This document shows positions 38,325 through 50,263 of a stretch of DNA of 64,000 nt, in pieces. Position 1 is the first letter of the stretch; every line of letters starts with the position of its first letter. This DNA is from Octopus sinensis (taxonomy: Eukaryota): the NCBI RefSeq assembly GCF_006345805.1, contig NC_042999.1:124806001-124870000 (forward strand), in the 5' to 3' direction. The translations under genes were made by a program, and so were the position numbers. The notes beneath the pieces were generated by a model. That model worked only from the letters and a program-made list of their open reading frames with translations. It had not been told where the DNA came from and ran no database searches.

Positions 38325-38695
38325 TCATTTTAACTCCATTTTTTTCATGCGGAGTCAGACGGATTCATTAAGGCAAATTTTCTCCGGCTTAATGCCCATC
38401 CTGTCACCAACTCTCACTTGTTTCCAAGGGCCAGACATGCTTTCACGGAAGAATGGAAACCAAGGACACTACTTGTATGACAGTAATACTTCATTGCGGC
38501 TATCACACAATGGCAAGACAATGAGACGCAAACACACAGGCCCATGCACACCTGTGTGTATAATATATATATATATTTATTATGACAGGCTTTTTTCAAT
38601 TTGTGTCTACCAAATCCACTCACAAAGCTTCAGTTGGTTCAGTGCTGTAGTAACAAACACTTGTCCAAGGAGCAACAGAGCCATGCTTGAGCCCA
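38325..38695 (-). mobile_element. SINE with CORE-type head and RTE-related 3' tail
   Basis: Head motif ACCAAATCCACTCACAAAGC, with a tail ending like the RTE terminus. Relatives at 49505-49815(-), 53770-54315(-), 55395-55865(+) and 60782-61190(-). Confidence 0.7.
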
Positions 38696-38698
38696 TCA

Positions 38699-38779
<81 letters not shown>

Positions 38780-38799
38780 TGTACAATTGTATTTATATT

Positions 38800-39330
38800 T
38801 ATATATAAGGATGTATATTTACTTATTGGGAAAAGTGACAGAGTACAGGGAAATTGCCCATGGCAGTTGAGTATCCAGCATTTCAGACAGTCTTCTTCAG
38901 GGCAAAGATGACTGGAGGAGAATAAATGACAGCAGAATTTTACATCCTTTATGTTTGAGAAACTGGTTGCAACTGACAAGGAATACAAGACATAAGCTTC
39001 ATAGGTAGACAAGAAGTAGTAGAAACTAAGTAAGAAAGCGTGAAGGAAAGAGAAATCAAAAGAGGAAGTGAAGTAGGGAAAACTGAAGGCAAAACTTGAG
39101 GTAAGAGGGGTGTTGAAGGATTAGAAGGGGATTACTGAACTATGAGGTGTTGGAGTAGAAAAAGAATGCTTATTTATACTTGGTGACATGGTTCTAAGTT
39201 TGAGTATGATGGGCTGTTCTTTCCATTTCATTGAGTCTGTTGCTCCATGGTGTGTGGAGATGCCACACATTGATAAGTCAGGAATAGAATATTTTGAAGT
39301 GGCTGGCAACAAGTTGGCCTAACATAATAT
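38800..39330 (-). mobile_element. Third Penelope-like element (GIY-YIG C-terminus and tail with HHR core)
   Basis: LVASHFK..SIPDLSMCGISTHHGATDSMKWKEQPIILKLRTMSP.IN resembles the Penelope endonuclease end. CTGAAGA-AGACTGTCT-GAAA lies on the minus strand at 38881-38900. Confidence 0.7.
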
Positions 39331-39991
39331 ATAGTAATGAGTTTCAAATGTCAGAAATAGCTTCCACCCATAGAAAAATCTCTGTTCCAACATCTGAAAT
39401 TTGTAAGCATGGAAAAGTAGATGTTAAAACAATGATGGTGGTGCATGTATGAATATGCACACACATGTATATACATAAGTGTATATATGTATTACATATA
39501 TGTATGTATACATGACTATATATAGATAGATGTGTGTGTATAGCTGCCAACAGTCAAGGAGGAACTTGTTTAAAGCTTGGGAGCAAGGGTACTCTGGAAC
39601 ATTATCAGATAGATGCTGTGGAATATGTATCTGTGCATGTGTATACACACACACACACTGTATATACCAGCATATAAACCAAATCATTGTATAGGCCAAG
39701 GTGAATTTTTTAGGTAATTTTTAATATTATGGCATATAAGCCAAAGGCATTGTATAGCAATAACTGATTAATCTCAAGAATAATTTCAGGTTCAGAAATA
39801 TGAATGAACTTGAACAGAATCTTCACAATTCATAAATATATAGTGGAGTAGACATGTATCTCTTTGAAATCATAGTTGTAGGGGAGAGGTATCACAGTGA
39901 GTTTCGATGACATGATGTGAAGAACTTTGCATGTAAGACAGAAATGTGGAATGACCATTGTTGTAATGAAGCATTTTTAAAGTTATTATTA

Positions 39992-40205
39992 GGGGGTGAG
40001 CTGGCAGGATCATTAGCACTCCAGGCAAAATGCTTCGCAGCATTTCTTCCATCTTTACATTCAGAGTTCAAATTTTGTTGCTTAACTTTGCTTTTCTTTC
40101 TTTTGGTGTTGACAAAATAAGTACCAGCTGAGTACTGGAGTCGATGTAATTGACTTTCCCTTCCCCTCATACTTGTTGGCTTTGTGCCAAATCTTGAAAC
40201 CAATA
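39992..40205 (+). mobile_element. Abundant SINE (12397 family)
   Basis: Flanked by an AAAGTTATTATTA duplication. Further copies at 48795-48980, 51815-52031 (19-bp TSD CAATATCATATAGATTTAT) and 61320-61690. Confidence 0.88.
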
Positions 40206-40514
40206 TTAAAGTTATTATTAAATTAAGAATTGAATAAATAAGAATAAGTATACATGCTCAATTTCTTAATTTGAAACAGGTAATTAGTGTCAGTATTTCG
40301 ATAAATTACTTTCAATAAAGCCTTGTTGTTTGTAGTTTATTGTGATGATAATTAAAATGAAGATGAAAGATTAATACAGGTTATCAAAGATCTTTTAAAA
40401 ATGGCAACTGACCTTTGTAGTCATGTGTCTCTACTATTCTGCACAGTGTCCATCTAATATCAAATTGCTTGCAAGGAAATAGATATCGATCTTACTTGTT
40501 ATTGCAACCCCATC

Positions 40515-40826
40515 AAGATGTTGCAACGACAGTGAAAATGAATGAAATATGAAACTGGGTTCAAACTGAAAGTCGTACTGTGTGCCAAAGAATACAATAG
40601 CAGCACCACTGCTACATATTTCATGATGAATGAGAAACAAGTCAGAGAACGGCAAAAAATTTAGAAATATTTTGAAAAAAATGCCTATAGGCACAGGAGT
40701 GGTTGTATAGTAAGTAACTTGCTTACCAGCCACATAGTTCCTTGGGCAAGTGTTTTCTACTATATCCTCGGGCCAACCAAAGCCTTCTGAGTGGATTTGG
40801 CAGACGGAAACTGAAAGAAACCTGTC

Positions 40827-40880
<54 letters not shown>

Positions 40881-41110
40881 ATATGTTTGTATATCAGCTT
40901 GACAACTGATGTTGGTGTGTTTACATCCCCGTAACTTAGCAGTTCAGCAAAAGTGACTGATAAAATAAGTACTTGGCTTACAAAGAATAAGTCCTGGGGT
41001 CGATTAGTTTGACTAAAGGTGGTGCTCCAGCATGGCTGCAGTCAAATGACTGAAACAAATAAAAGAAAAAAAAGAAACAATAAAGACAAGTGTGCAAATA
41101 GGGATCAGAA
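40515..41110 (+). pseudogene. pogo-family transposase N-terminus (Brinker-type DNA-binding domain), interrupted by a SINE
   Basis: MKYETGFKLKVVLCAKEYNSSTTATYFMMNEKQVRERQK..EKMP, resuming as KDKCANR after the SINE at 40688-41070. Confidence 0.7.
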
Positions 41111-41253
41111 CCAGAGAAAGTAGCCAGACTTAGAGGCAGAAATTCTTGAGAACAATTCTTGCATGACCTGCAAGTAAGCTGACATAACTTTTTCAAGGTT
41201 AAAACCTAGGGCTAAATTTTTGGCATATATGGTATATATATGTTGTGTGTGTG

Positions 41254-41284
<31 letters not shown>

Positions 41285-41363
41285 TTATTTATTTTATAGA
41301 AGGAGCTTCTACAGGACTAGAACTGTTTCATTCAAAAGAAATCATCAGGAAGCTAGGTCACCT

Positions 41364-41414
41364 AGCTTCCTGATGATTTCTTTTGAATGAAACAGTTCCA
41401 GTCCTGTAGAAGCT
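41364..41414 (+). ncRNA. Type I hammerhead ribozyme, mirrored on the minus strand at 41304-41354
   Basis: AGCTTC-CTGATGA-T TTC TTTT GAA T-GAAA-CAG TTCCAGTC CTG-TA-GAAGCT. Stem I 6 bp, intact core, stem III and a GUA cleavage triplet. Confidence 0.8.
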
Positions 41415-41496
41415 CCTTCTATAAAATAAATTAATTTACTCCGCTATGTATTGAGTACCTTATTTACTGTGGTTAACCCCGACTCAACCCGGGACC

Positions 41497-41547
<51 letters not shown>

Positions 41548-41649
41548 GTATATATATATATGAGCATGTTTGTGTAATTCTTGAATATATGTATGTATAG
41601 ATATACGTATATATATATATGTGTGTGTGTGTGCATGCATATGTATGCA

Positions 41650-43800
41650 TGTCATCATCATTTAATGCCCATGTTCCCTACTAGCATGTGTTGTACAGTT
41701 TGACAGTTAAGTGGTATCAAGGAAGAACTGCAGTAAGGGAAGTAATGGGTGGTGATGAAGAGGGGGTGTGTTGAAGAGGATGGAAATTGGGTGAAGGGCG
41801 CAGTTATGCACATACAGCTGTATCAGAACTCAGTTTTGCTGAGGTGGGCAGGTCTTCACAAGAACCACATATTGTCAGTCATCCCAGTCCTTTGTCATCA
41901 CATTTGAGGTTCAAGATCCTGAGACCAGCCTTCACCACTTTGTCTCATGTCATCCTGGGCCACCCTCTTCTGCAGGCTCCATCAACATTTAGTGATTAGC
42001 TCTTTACATAACTGTCTCCAGCACAGTCTTTTTTCTTGCACACTACATCTAATTCCTACTATGCCCTGTTTCTCTCTCAACACATTTGTACTATGTCTTT
42101 CATGCACACTTAGATTTTACGTCCAATTGGTGTATGCTCACTTCATTTCTTTTCCAGTCTTCTCAAGCCCTCTGCATTGAAGGCTTATGTCTCACTTCCA
42201 TGTAGCATTGCAGTTCTAATGCAAATATCATACAGTCTGCCCATGTGCTCTGAAGGAAAAGACATTTGTTACCAGATTTAGTAGCTCTCCTAACTTCCTC
42301 CAACCCATTCTTGTTCTGGTTACAATACTTTCAGAGCAATCACCTCCCTTGATAATAAAAACTATCAACCATTTCTAGTGAGTTATCTAAACATTTAAGA
42401 AAAGATATTCCAGTGTATTCCTAGTCTGTACCATTCCATTCTTGGATAGTCTGCCTATGATTCCACTTCATCCCTTGTGTGTCCATAGATCACATTCATA
42501 CAGCATATGGAGTTTATAGCTGGTCCTTGTCTGCACATCAGACCAGGCCACATTCCTGAAGAAACTAGGTTCTGTTTTCTTTCCCACTTCTTAAATCCTT
42601 AGTCATTGCTAATTTTATTTTGAGGCCTCTCAGTTTAATGTTTAAATTCCCTGTCTAGAATTTCCTTTTTAATCCCCATATAGATTAAGCTATGGAAACT
42701 AAATCATTAGTATATAGGAGTTCCCATGGACATCTAGTCATAAATTCCTCTGTGAAGAGTAGGAAAGGACTTAACCTTGAAGAACTCCTACCTTCATACT
42801 AAATTTGTAACTAAAATCATTATCAACTCTCATTTTACTTACTGCATCTTAGTATCTGGCTTTTGCAGCCCTCACAAGTCATTCATCTCCACCTAGTTTC
42901 TTCAGTGACTGCCAAATTGCTAAGTGTCAAATGCTTTCCTCAAATCAAAAAAGGCCAGAAATGGCATTTTATTCTTAGCCAAGTATTTCTCCTCTAGTTG
43001 CCTCACTAGGAAGATTGCCTCATCTGGGGACACAGCCAAACTGCATCTCATCTCGGTTTATTCTATTGTGGGTCAACTGTGCTGCAGCTCTCTCTCTCTC
43101 TCTGATCTTCATAACTACTGATCTAATTGTTTGATTCCTCTATAGTTGCCTCTCTCTAAGGCATCTCCTTTGCCTTTGTAGCAATTCACAATGATACTGC
43201 TACACTAGTCATTGCCTTCCTGTATGCTAATTAACTAAGTGGTAATCATGTATCCTACCACACATGAGTACCCTACATGAGTGGTAATAATGTATCCTAC
43301 CCCACAACTGTCCTTCATTGCTTTATCTAGCACATAGCTGTCAACTTGAACTGTAGGGTCAGCACAAGGTAACTTCTGTTTTCCCATGCATTCTCAAAGT
43401 TGAGCACCTTTCATTCCTCTTTATTGTTCTCCATTTCTATGGCTAGTAAACTTTCATCATTCTGAATGCACTTCTACCAGTGACGTCTTGGTTCTCTCTC
43501 ATAGACTCTTGCAATCCTAAACACTTCACACCTCTGATCCTCACACAAATCTTTTCCTTCTTAGCCTTAAGTTTGTTGCCTAGCTGCCCTTGTCATTTGG
43601 TAATGCTCCTTACTACCATCTTCCTTTCAGGTTTATCAAGCCTGTCTCCTTGACTTCATTACCCTATCAGCCATGTCATTCTCTCACTATGTTGCTTTTG
43701 ATTTGGCTGGTAGTTTGTGCTTGCTAAATGTCTGATCTGTAATCCCAAGCAGATTATTTTGTAGAAATTCCTAGTTGTGATTTATGCAACAGGTATCTAG
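41650..43800 (-). mobile_element. Decayed RTE LINE including reverse transcriptase region
   Basis: Minus strand LVRQLEEKYLAK, LAFFDLRKAFD (about 42925-42960) and CPWELLYTND (decayed YADD, about 42700-42735). (GAT)n tail at 41652. Confidence 0.85.
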
Positions 43801-44109
43801 ATCTTCTTTTGTCTGTCTGTATACATGCATATGTAAGTGGACCTTTTATCTCATTTCAGTTACTGAACTGCAGCTACTATGTACATGTTTTTGTAAAGGT
43901 GTGTGTATATATATTTGTGTATTTATGTGTATATGTATGCATATATGTGTGTATACATCTGTTCATTAGTTTTTGTGTCTATTTTTCATTGCTAGCATGA
44001 TTTAGACAACTTTGGAGCCACTATTTTACAGCAGAATGCTGTGTGTGTGTGTTAGCAGTTTCAGTCAGAGGCTGTGGCCATGCTGGGTCAGAACCATTAG
44101 TATTAATGC

Positions 44110-44540
44110 TTGTTTATTTTAGACACTCTTCCTGATCCTGCCTCTGGAATCTGTCCTGATGAAGTAATGAGTTGGACAGAGTTGTTCTTTGTTTCTTGCT
44201 TTGATGTAGATTCTGGTACCTCAAATAAAAAAATTGTCTAATTGCTTTTTGAACGCATTTACATGTACAGCTTGTTGATCTCTGAGTCCTCTTAGCAAGG
44301 TATTGAAAAGCAGCAGGCTTTTGAACCTCAGGTTGTTACAGTATTTGGTTCTTATACTGGATGGAGATGGTGGGATCTTTGGTACTATGCAATGGCATCC
44401 AATCCAATGATTGATATAGCTTTCAATCCCAAAGTTGGGTGCTTGACCTTCCAGGATCTTCCACATATATATCACTGCAAATCTTTTGTGTCTTCTCTCC
44501 AGGAAGTACAGCCTAGAAAACTCTGTCTCAACATTGTCTT
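44110..44540 (-). mobile_element. LINE 3' end (CR1/Jockey-group like)
   Basis: LYFLERRHKRFAVIYMWKILEGQAPNFGIESY..LLFNTL..FKKQLDNF, a typical post-RT terminus. Confidence 0.7.
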
Positions 44541-44670
44541 ATTTGACCCATGCAAACATGCAAATATGGAAAAATATTAAAACAATATTAATGTATGTAT
44601 TTATTTGCATGTTTATGTGTATTATATATATATATAGAGAGAGAGAGAGATATGTGGACATGTATGTTTC

Positions 44671-44702
<32 letters not shown>

Positions 44703-44716
44703 AATATACACTCACA

Positions 44717-45520
44717 CACTGGCACTTGTACCGGTGACACATGAAAAACATTTGAGTGAGGTCGTTGCCAGTGCCACTGGTCTGGCTCCTATGCAGGTGG
44801 CATGTAAAAAACATCACTTGAGCGTGGACGTTGCCAGTACCGCCTGACTGGCCCTCGTGCCGGTGGCATGTAAAAGCACCCACTACACTCTTGGAGTGGT
44901 TGGCGTTAGGAAGGGCATCCAGCTGTAGCAACTCTGCCAGATCAGATTGGAGCCTCGTGCAGCCATCTGGTTTGCCAGTCCTCAGTCAAATCGTCCAACC
45001 CATGCTAGCATGGAAAGCAGACGTTAAACGATGATGATGATGAGACATGTTTGTTTGCGTATATGTAGACATACTGTGTGATTAAGAAGTTTGCTTTTGC
45101 AACCACATATCTTTGGGTTCTACTGTCATGTTCCATTAAGTTCATCATCATCATCATCATCATCGTTTAATGTCCATTCTCCATGCTAGCATGGGTTGGA
45201 TGGTTCGACTGGGGATCTGGGAAGCCAGAAGGCTGCACCAGGCTCCAGTCTTATCTGGCAATGTTTCTACAGCTGGGTGCCCTTCCTAACGCCAACCACT
45301 CTGTGAGTGTAGTGGGTGCTTTTTACGTGCCACCTGTACAGGTGCCAGGCGAGGCTGGCAACGGCCACGGTCGGATTGGTGTATTTTATGTGCCACCGGC
45401 ACGGAAGCCAGTCGAGGCGGTGCTGGCATCGGCCACGAGTCGGATAGTGCTTTTTACGTACCACCAGACCAGGGATCCTGGCTGGTTCAATTCGATTTCG
45501 ATTTCGCTTGCCCCAACATG
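44717..45520. mobile_element. Two RTE 3' fragments in tail-to-tail inverted orientation
   Basis: Plus copy 44717-45043 ends in (GAT)n. Minus copy 45143-45520 starts with (CAT)n. Confidence 0.88.
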
Positions 45521-47118
45521 TCTTTATATATAAATATCTGCAATGGGCTTAATATAATTTTCATTTGTCAAATTCCCTCATTTGTTGGCATGGAGTGACC
45601 AAGAAGCTCCACTGTGAAACTGAACCTAAAGATACATGGTTCCAAAACATACACACTCATATGTTTATAATAGATAGACAGATGATTGTGTGTGTATACA
45701 CAGACAATCACATATAGATACATGTACATTTCAAGTAAAACATGAAAAACTAGTTTGTCACTTATGAATGAATAACAAATCAATTGAGAAAAATTGTCCA
45801 ACTATGTGATTCACATTCATGTGACATTTACACACATTCCTTTACTTGTGCAGTGAACACAAACCCATATATGCATGCATGTGTATACACATTCATATAT
45901 TCATACAAGTATTTTCATATCTGTCTATATACATTCATATATTCTTGAATATACACTTTCATACACATAAACATATGAAATATTTACATATCTGACATAG
46001 TTTTTTTTTTTTTTTGTGCCAACCCAATACTGTTATTGAAGGAAGTTCAGGTCACTAGTTAATGTCAGGTTACTAGTTCTTTGCCTATCCCCTAGGACAG
46101 GCCATTTTCATACTACATTGGTGGCCATTCATCTTCATTCAAGCATTACAGATGACCATTACCTATATATGGATTCAAATAGCACTTTGAATTCTGTGAT
46201 GTACTCTTCTGTTCCATTAACTATAATTTGCTTTGTCATGTATTGAACTTAGTGCTCTAACTACTTAACAAAAATATATTATTCTGTTTGTGTGTCACCT
46301 TTCAATGAATGTCCTATAGTATATTCATTCATACAAACTTGGTGGGACAACAATACAGTCAGAAGGAAAGCTGAGTTTATAGAATTTTATAGTTTAAACC
46401 TCTATAAACACTCTATAAAGTGTGAGAAAAAAACAACTTATAAATTGTTTATATTTTCCTTTCCACGTTTTAAACCTGTTAACTTCTCTGATTAATAAAA
46501 AAAACGCTTTAAGACCTATGGTTGAAAAGAATAATATTTATTTTTCACATAAGCTAGACGTGTGAGATTTTTATATGAAGAACTATAGGAAATTGTGGAT
46601 TTCTTGTTTGCAAAGGGTGTTAACAAGACAAGTGAAAATGAAAGCAGTTCTGACTGGGAGCCAAACAGTTATGAACTCATTTTACCAATAAACACTGTTG
46701 CACTATGAGACCTGCTATTGTTATGATAGCATAATGTTTTGATGTTTTCAAGGCATTGTAGTCTCAGTTATAGAAAATTTTTTTTTCTGGCTTAGTGAAA
46801 GGAAGAAGATCAGCTATTTCGTGCAATGCCTCAGCAACTGAGTGGGGTGGAAGAAACCCCAGTGGTTTACTACAGTAAGAAGTGGTGTACCAGAGTATTG
46901 AATTACTTATCCTCATATGCTGGAGACCTGTTTGCACTAAATGCACCAAGTGTCAGGTGATGATGTTAAACTAGGCAATGCAGTAAGTCTGCTATCCAAA
47001 ACAAGTAAAGTTCATGTGACAAGTTCTAAATCTACCCACTTACACTCAATAAGGCTTTGGTTAATTCAATCTTATGATAAAAAGCTCTTTACCCTTTGAT
47101 GCAGCAGCAGTAGTTTAA

Positions 47119-47338
47119 CCCTTTAGCATTCAGATTATTCTATCAAATGTGCTGCTTATTTATACACATTGTTTTGAATTAATCTTGCATTATCTTGTAG
47201 CTTTGAGATTTTGATTGCATGGGTGTATGTTTTTAGACTAACATTGTAGGGTAGGTGTGAGAGGCAGGATCAGGTCAGTTTGAACATAAAACAGGTAGAC
47301 TATTTTGGCTGGATATGGCTAGTTTAAATGCTAAAGTG
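47119..47338. mobile_element. piggyBac-type (TTAA) MITE
   Basis: TTAA|CCCTTTAGCATT...AATGCTAAAGTG|TTAA. Confidence 0.85.
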
Positions 47339-47952
47339 TTAAATTGAAAAACCACTTGATTGCAAAACAAATTTCTTAACCGCATGCCATAGTTGCACTC
47401 TATGTTCAATTAATTCAGATGCAACATTTTATTAATTAAATGTAGAATGATGTAGTTTTTTAAAATCTAGTTCTTTATATCAGTGTGTTCATCTTTTGTT
47501 TAGCAATGGAAATTAAGTTTTCAGAGAGTGGAGAATTAAATCTTAGAATTTATAGCGTAATGAAAACTTTTTTCTCATATTTTAAATTTCACTTATTTCT
47601 ATCATTATGCAATTATTGAAGCAGATGTGTGTTTTCAATTATGAACCTAAGTTTCCTGCAGGCATGTGCATTTACATTGTCAGTTATGTTTAGCTTTTGG
47701 AAGTGTTTTTTATGTTACATTTATATATATGTATTGATGATTAAGTTCTTTCCCGCCCACGTTTTTAATTATCTTAAAACTCTAGTTCCCACCCTCATTT
47801 TAGTAATCTTGAGGACTCCAGTTTTACTGATAACTAAATCTTGTAAGGGTGACTTTTCATAACGCTCCTAAAAGAAATTTGTTGAAGTGTTCATTTTTCA
47901 CTCATTGGCAAACAACCTTTGTCCATCTATGAGTATTTAATTGCATACTTAA

Positions 47953-48109
47953 CCCTTTAGCACTCAGATTACTCTTGAATGGAATGCTTTGAGATTTCGA
48001 TGATGTAATTATTTATTTTTACAATGTGTAAGAGGCTTGACCTGACCAGTTTGAACATAAAACAGGTAGAATATTTGGCCTGGACATGGCCCGTTTAAAT
48101 GCTAAAGGG
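47953..48109. mobile_element. piggyBac-type (TTAA) MITE, internally deleted
   Basis: TTAA|CCCTTTAGCA...TGCTAAAGGG|TTAA. Confidence 0.88.
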
Positions 48110-49862
48110 TTAAATGAGTATCCTTGAGATAATTCATCAGTTAATCACCATTTTTTTTGTCCAGTTATATATCACTGTATCTACTTATATATTAACTATG
48201 TATTAGCAAGGATTTATTACACAAATTAGAACTTACCTAAGAACTTGTGTCTATGTTCTGTAAAGACTTTAGTAAAAAATAATTGTTACTTCCAGAGTTA
48301 TTTTAAAAGTATTTTACTGAAGACCATATTAGATAGAAAGTAAGAGTGGGGGTTCATGCTAGGTAGGAATACCAATATTGCAAAATACCAACCTCATTTA
48401 GTCGAGTGCCTCTACATTTTCTTTTATATGCTGTAAATGTGATCACTGATCAGACTGCTTGGTCTTTTATGACATTGCTATTGATTAAAAAGAGAAATTG
48501 TATATGTATACAATATCAATAATACATGGGAAGATGTAAACTGCATTTATTTTTTATTCATTTAGCTAAAAAAGAAAGGCAGTGCCTGTAACCTCTTTCA
48601 ATTTTTGTTAGGTCAGAATTTAAGATAAACTTAGACTGCAATTAATATTTCATTTGATTAGATCTTACATGGACCATATATTTTGACAGCAAATAAAACA
48701 CCTAGCAGCTGCCTAAGTCTGCATTATGAAAGTTACCAATATTTAAATAAGACCGGTGGAGACCTTTTATATGTGAATATTTGTAGATGTGTCTAAGGCA
48801 GTGAACTGGCAGAATCGTTAGCATGCAGAGCAACAAGCTTAGCATTTTGTCCATCTTTACATGCTGAGGTCAACTTTGCCTACCATCCTTTTGGGGTTGA
48901 TAAAATGAGCACTGGGGCTGATATAATCGACTTACTCCCTCCTCAAAATTGCTGGCTTTGTGTCCAATTTGAAACTAGTATTTGTTGTGTATAAATGTGA
49001 GTAATGATTTAAACAATTCTTTTTAACATGTATCTGATGAGAAGGTGTACCTCCAATAATTGTATAATTATATCTATGTTGCAAATTTACATTTAATCAC
49101 TTGGTTGTTTTTAAGCCTTATTCAACTGCTTAAAGATTGAGGTTTCTTCTCAATGTCTACACTATGCTAGTTATATTGAATGTTGACAAAAGTGATTATC
49201 AAGAGAGGCAGCCAACCTTTCAAAGGCATTTCTTTTTTGTTGGAATAATGACTATATCACTGCGCTTATGAAACAAATTCATGTAAGAACAAAGTAGTAT
49301 TGTATTCTTGTTACCTTAACACAAAGCAAATAAGTGAGGTAGGGAGACCTATATATCTCATGATGAGAGAACATAACTTTTTGATAAATATGATTCACCT
49401 TTGTCATATAAATATCTGATGACTACATTAGCAGTTTGATTTTTTGACTTACTAATAACTCACAAAAAAATAGTCATTGAAACATGTTATGCATTCCACC
49501 ACCTGCATTATCATCATTTATCACCTACTTTTCCATTCTTGCACAGGTCAGAGTTTGTTGAAGCAGATTTTCTACAGCTGGGTAGATAGATTAAGACAAA
49601 GGTACACTCAAATAGATACCCACACGTGTGTGTGTATGCATATGGATGATGGTTTTTTTTGTTTGTTTTTTTTAGTTTCCATCTACCAGATCCACTCACA
49701 AGGCTTTGGTCAGCATAGGGCTATAGTAGAAGACATCTACCCAAGGTGTTGTGCAGTGGAACTGAACCCAAGACCACATGGTTGGGAAGTAAGCTTCTTA
49801 GCCAAACAGTCATGGGTTTGAATATTATTGAGGTTTTTCATTTGCTCATAGGAAATATTTAA

Positions 49863-50263
49863 TCTGTTAGCATTTAAACCAGCCATATCTGGCCAAAGTA
49901 TTCAACCAATTTATGTTCAAACTGACCAGATCTGGCCTCTCACACCTATCCTGATTCCATTCTTAAAAATAAACAATCACATCATTGAAAACAATGTGTC
50001 AAGACCTTGATATGTTGTGCTTGAGGAGATTCATCAAGCCTAGTGTAGCCATAGTTTTGGCCATTGCCTGTGTAAATGGTACCCATGCTGGTAGCATGTA
50101 AAAAACACCTATTACAGTCTCTGACTGGTTGGTGTTAAGAGGGGCATCCAGCCATAGAAACCATGCCAAATCATACTGGAACCTGGTGTAGCTCTCCGGT
50201 GTACCAGTTCCAGTCAAACCCATGCCAGCATGTAAAGTGGATGTTAATCTGAATGCTAAAGAG
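49863..50263. mobile_element. piggyBac-type MITE with nested RTE 3' fragment (about 49999-50246)
   Basis: TTAA|TCTGTTAGCATT...GAATGCTAAAGAG|TTAA, with the RTE terminus inside. Confidence 0.75.

Noticed and set aside
49033-49060. CTGATGAG followed by a small hairpin as a hammerhead
   Set aside because: No GAAA after the stem and no stem I/III. The CTGATGAA at 15358 and 44156 also lack the rest of the fold.
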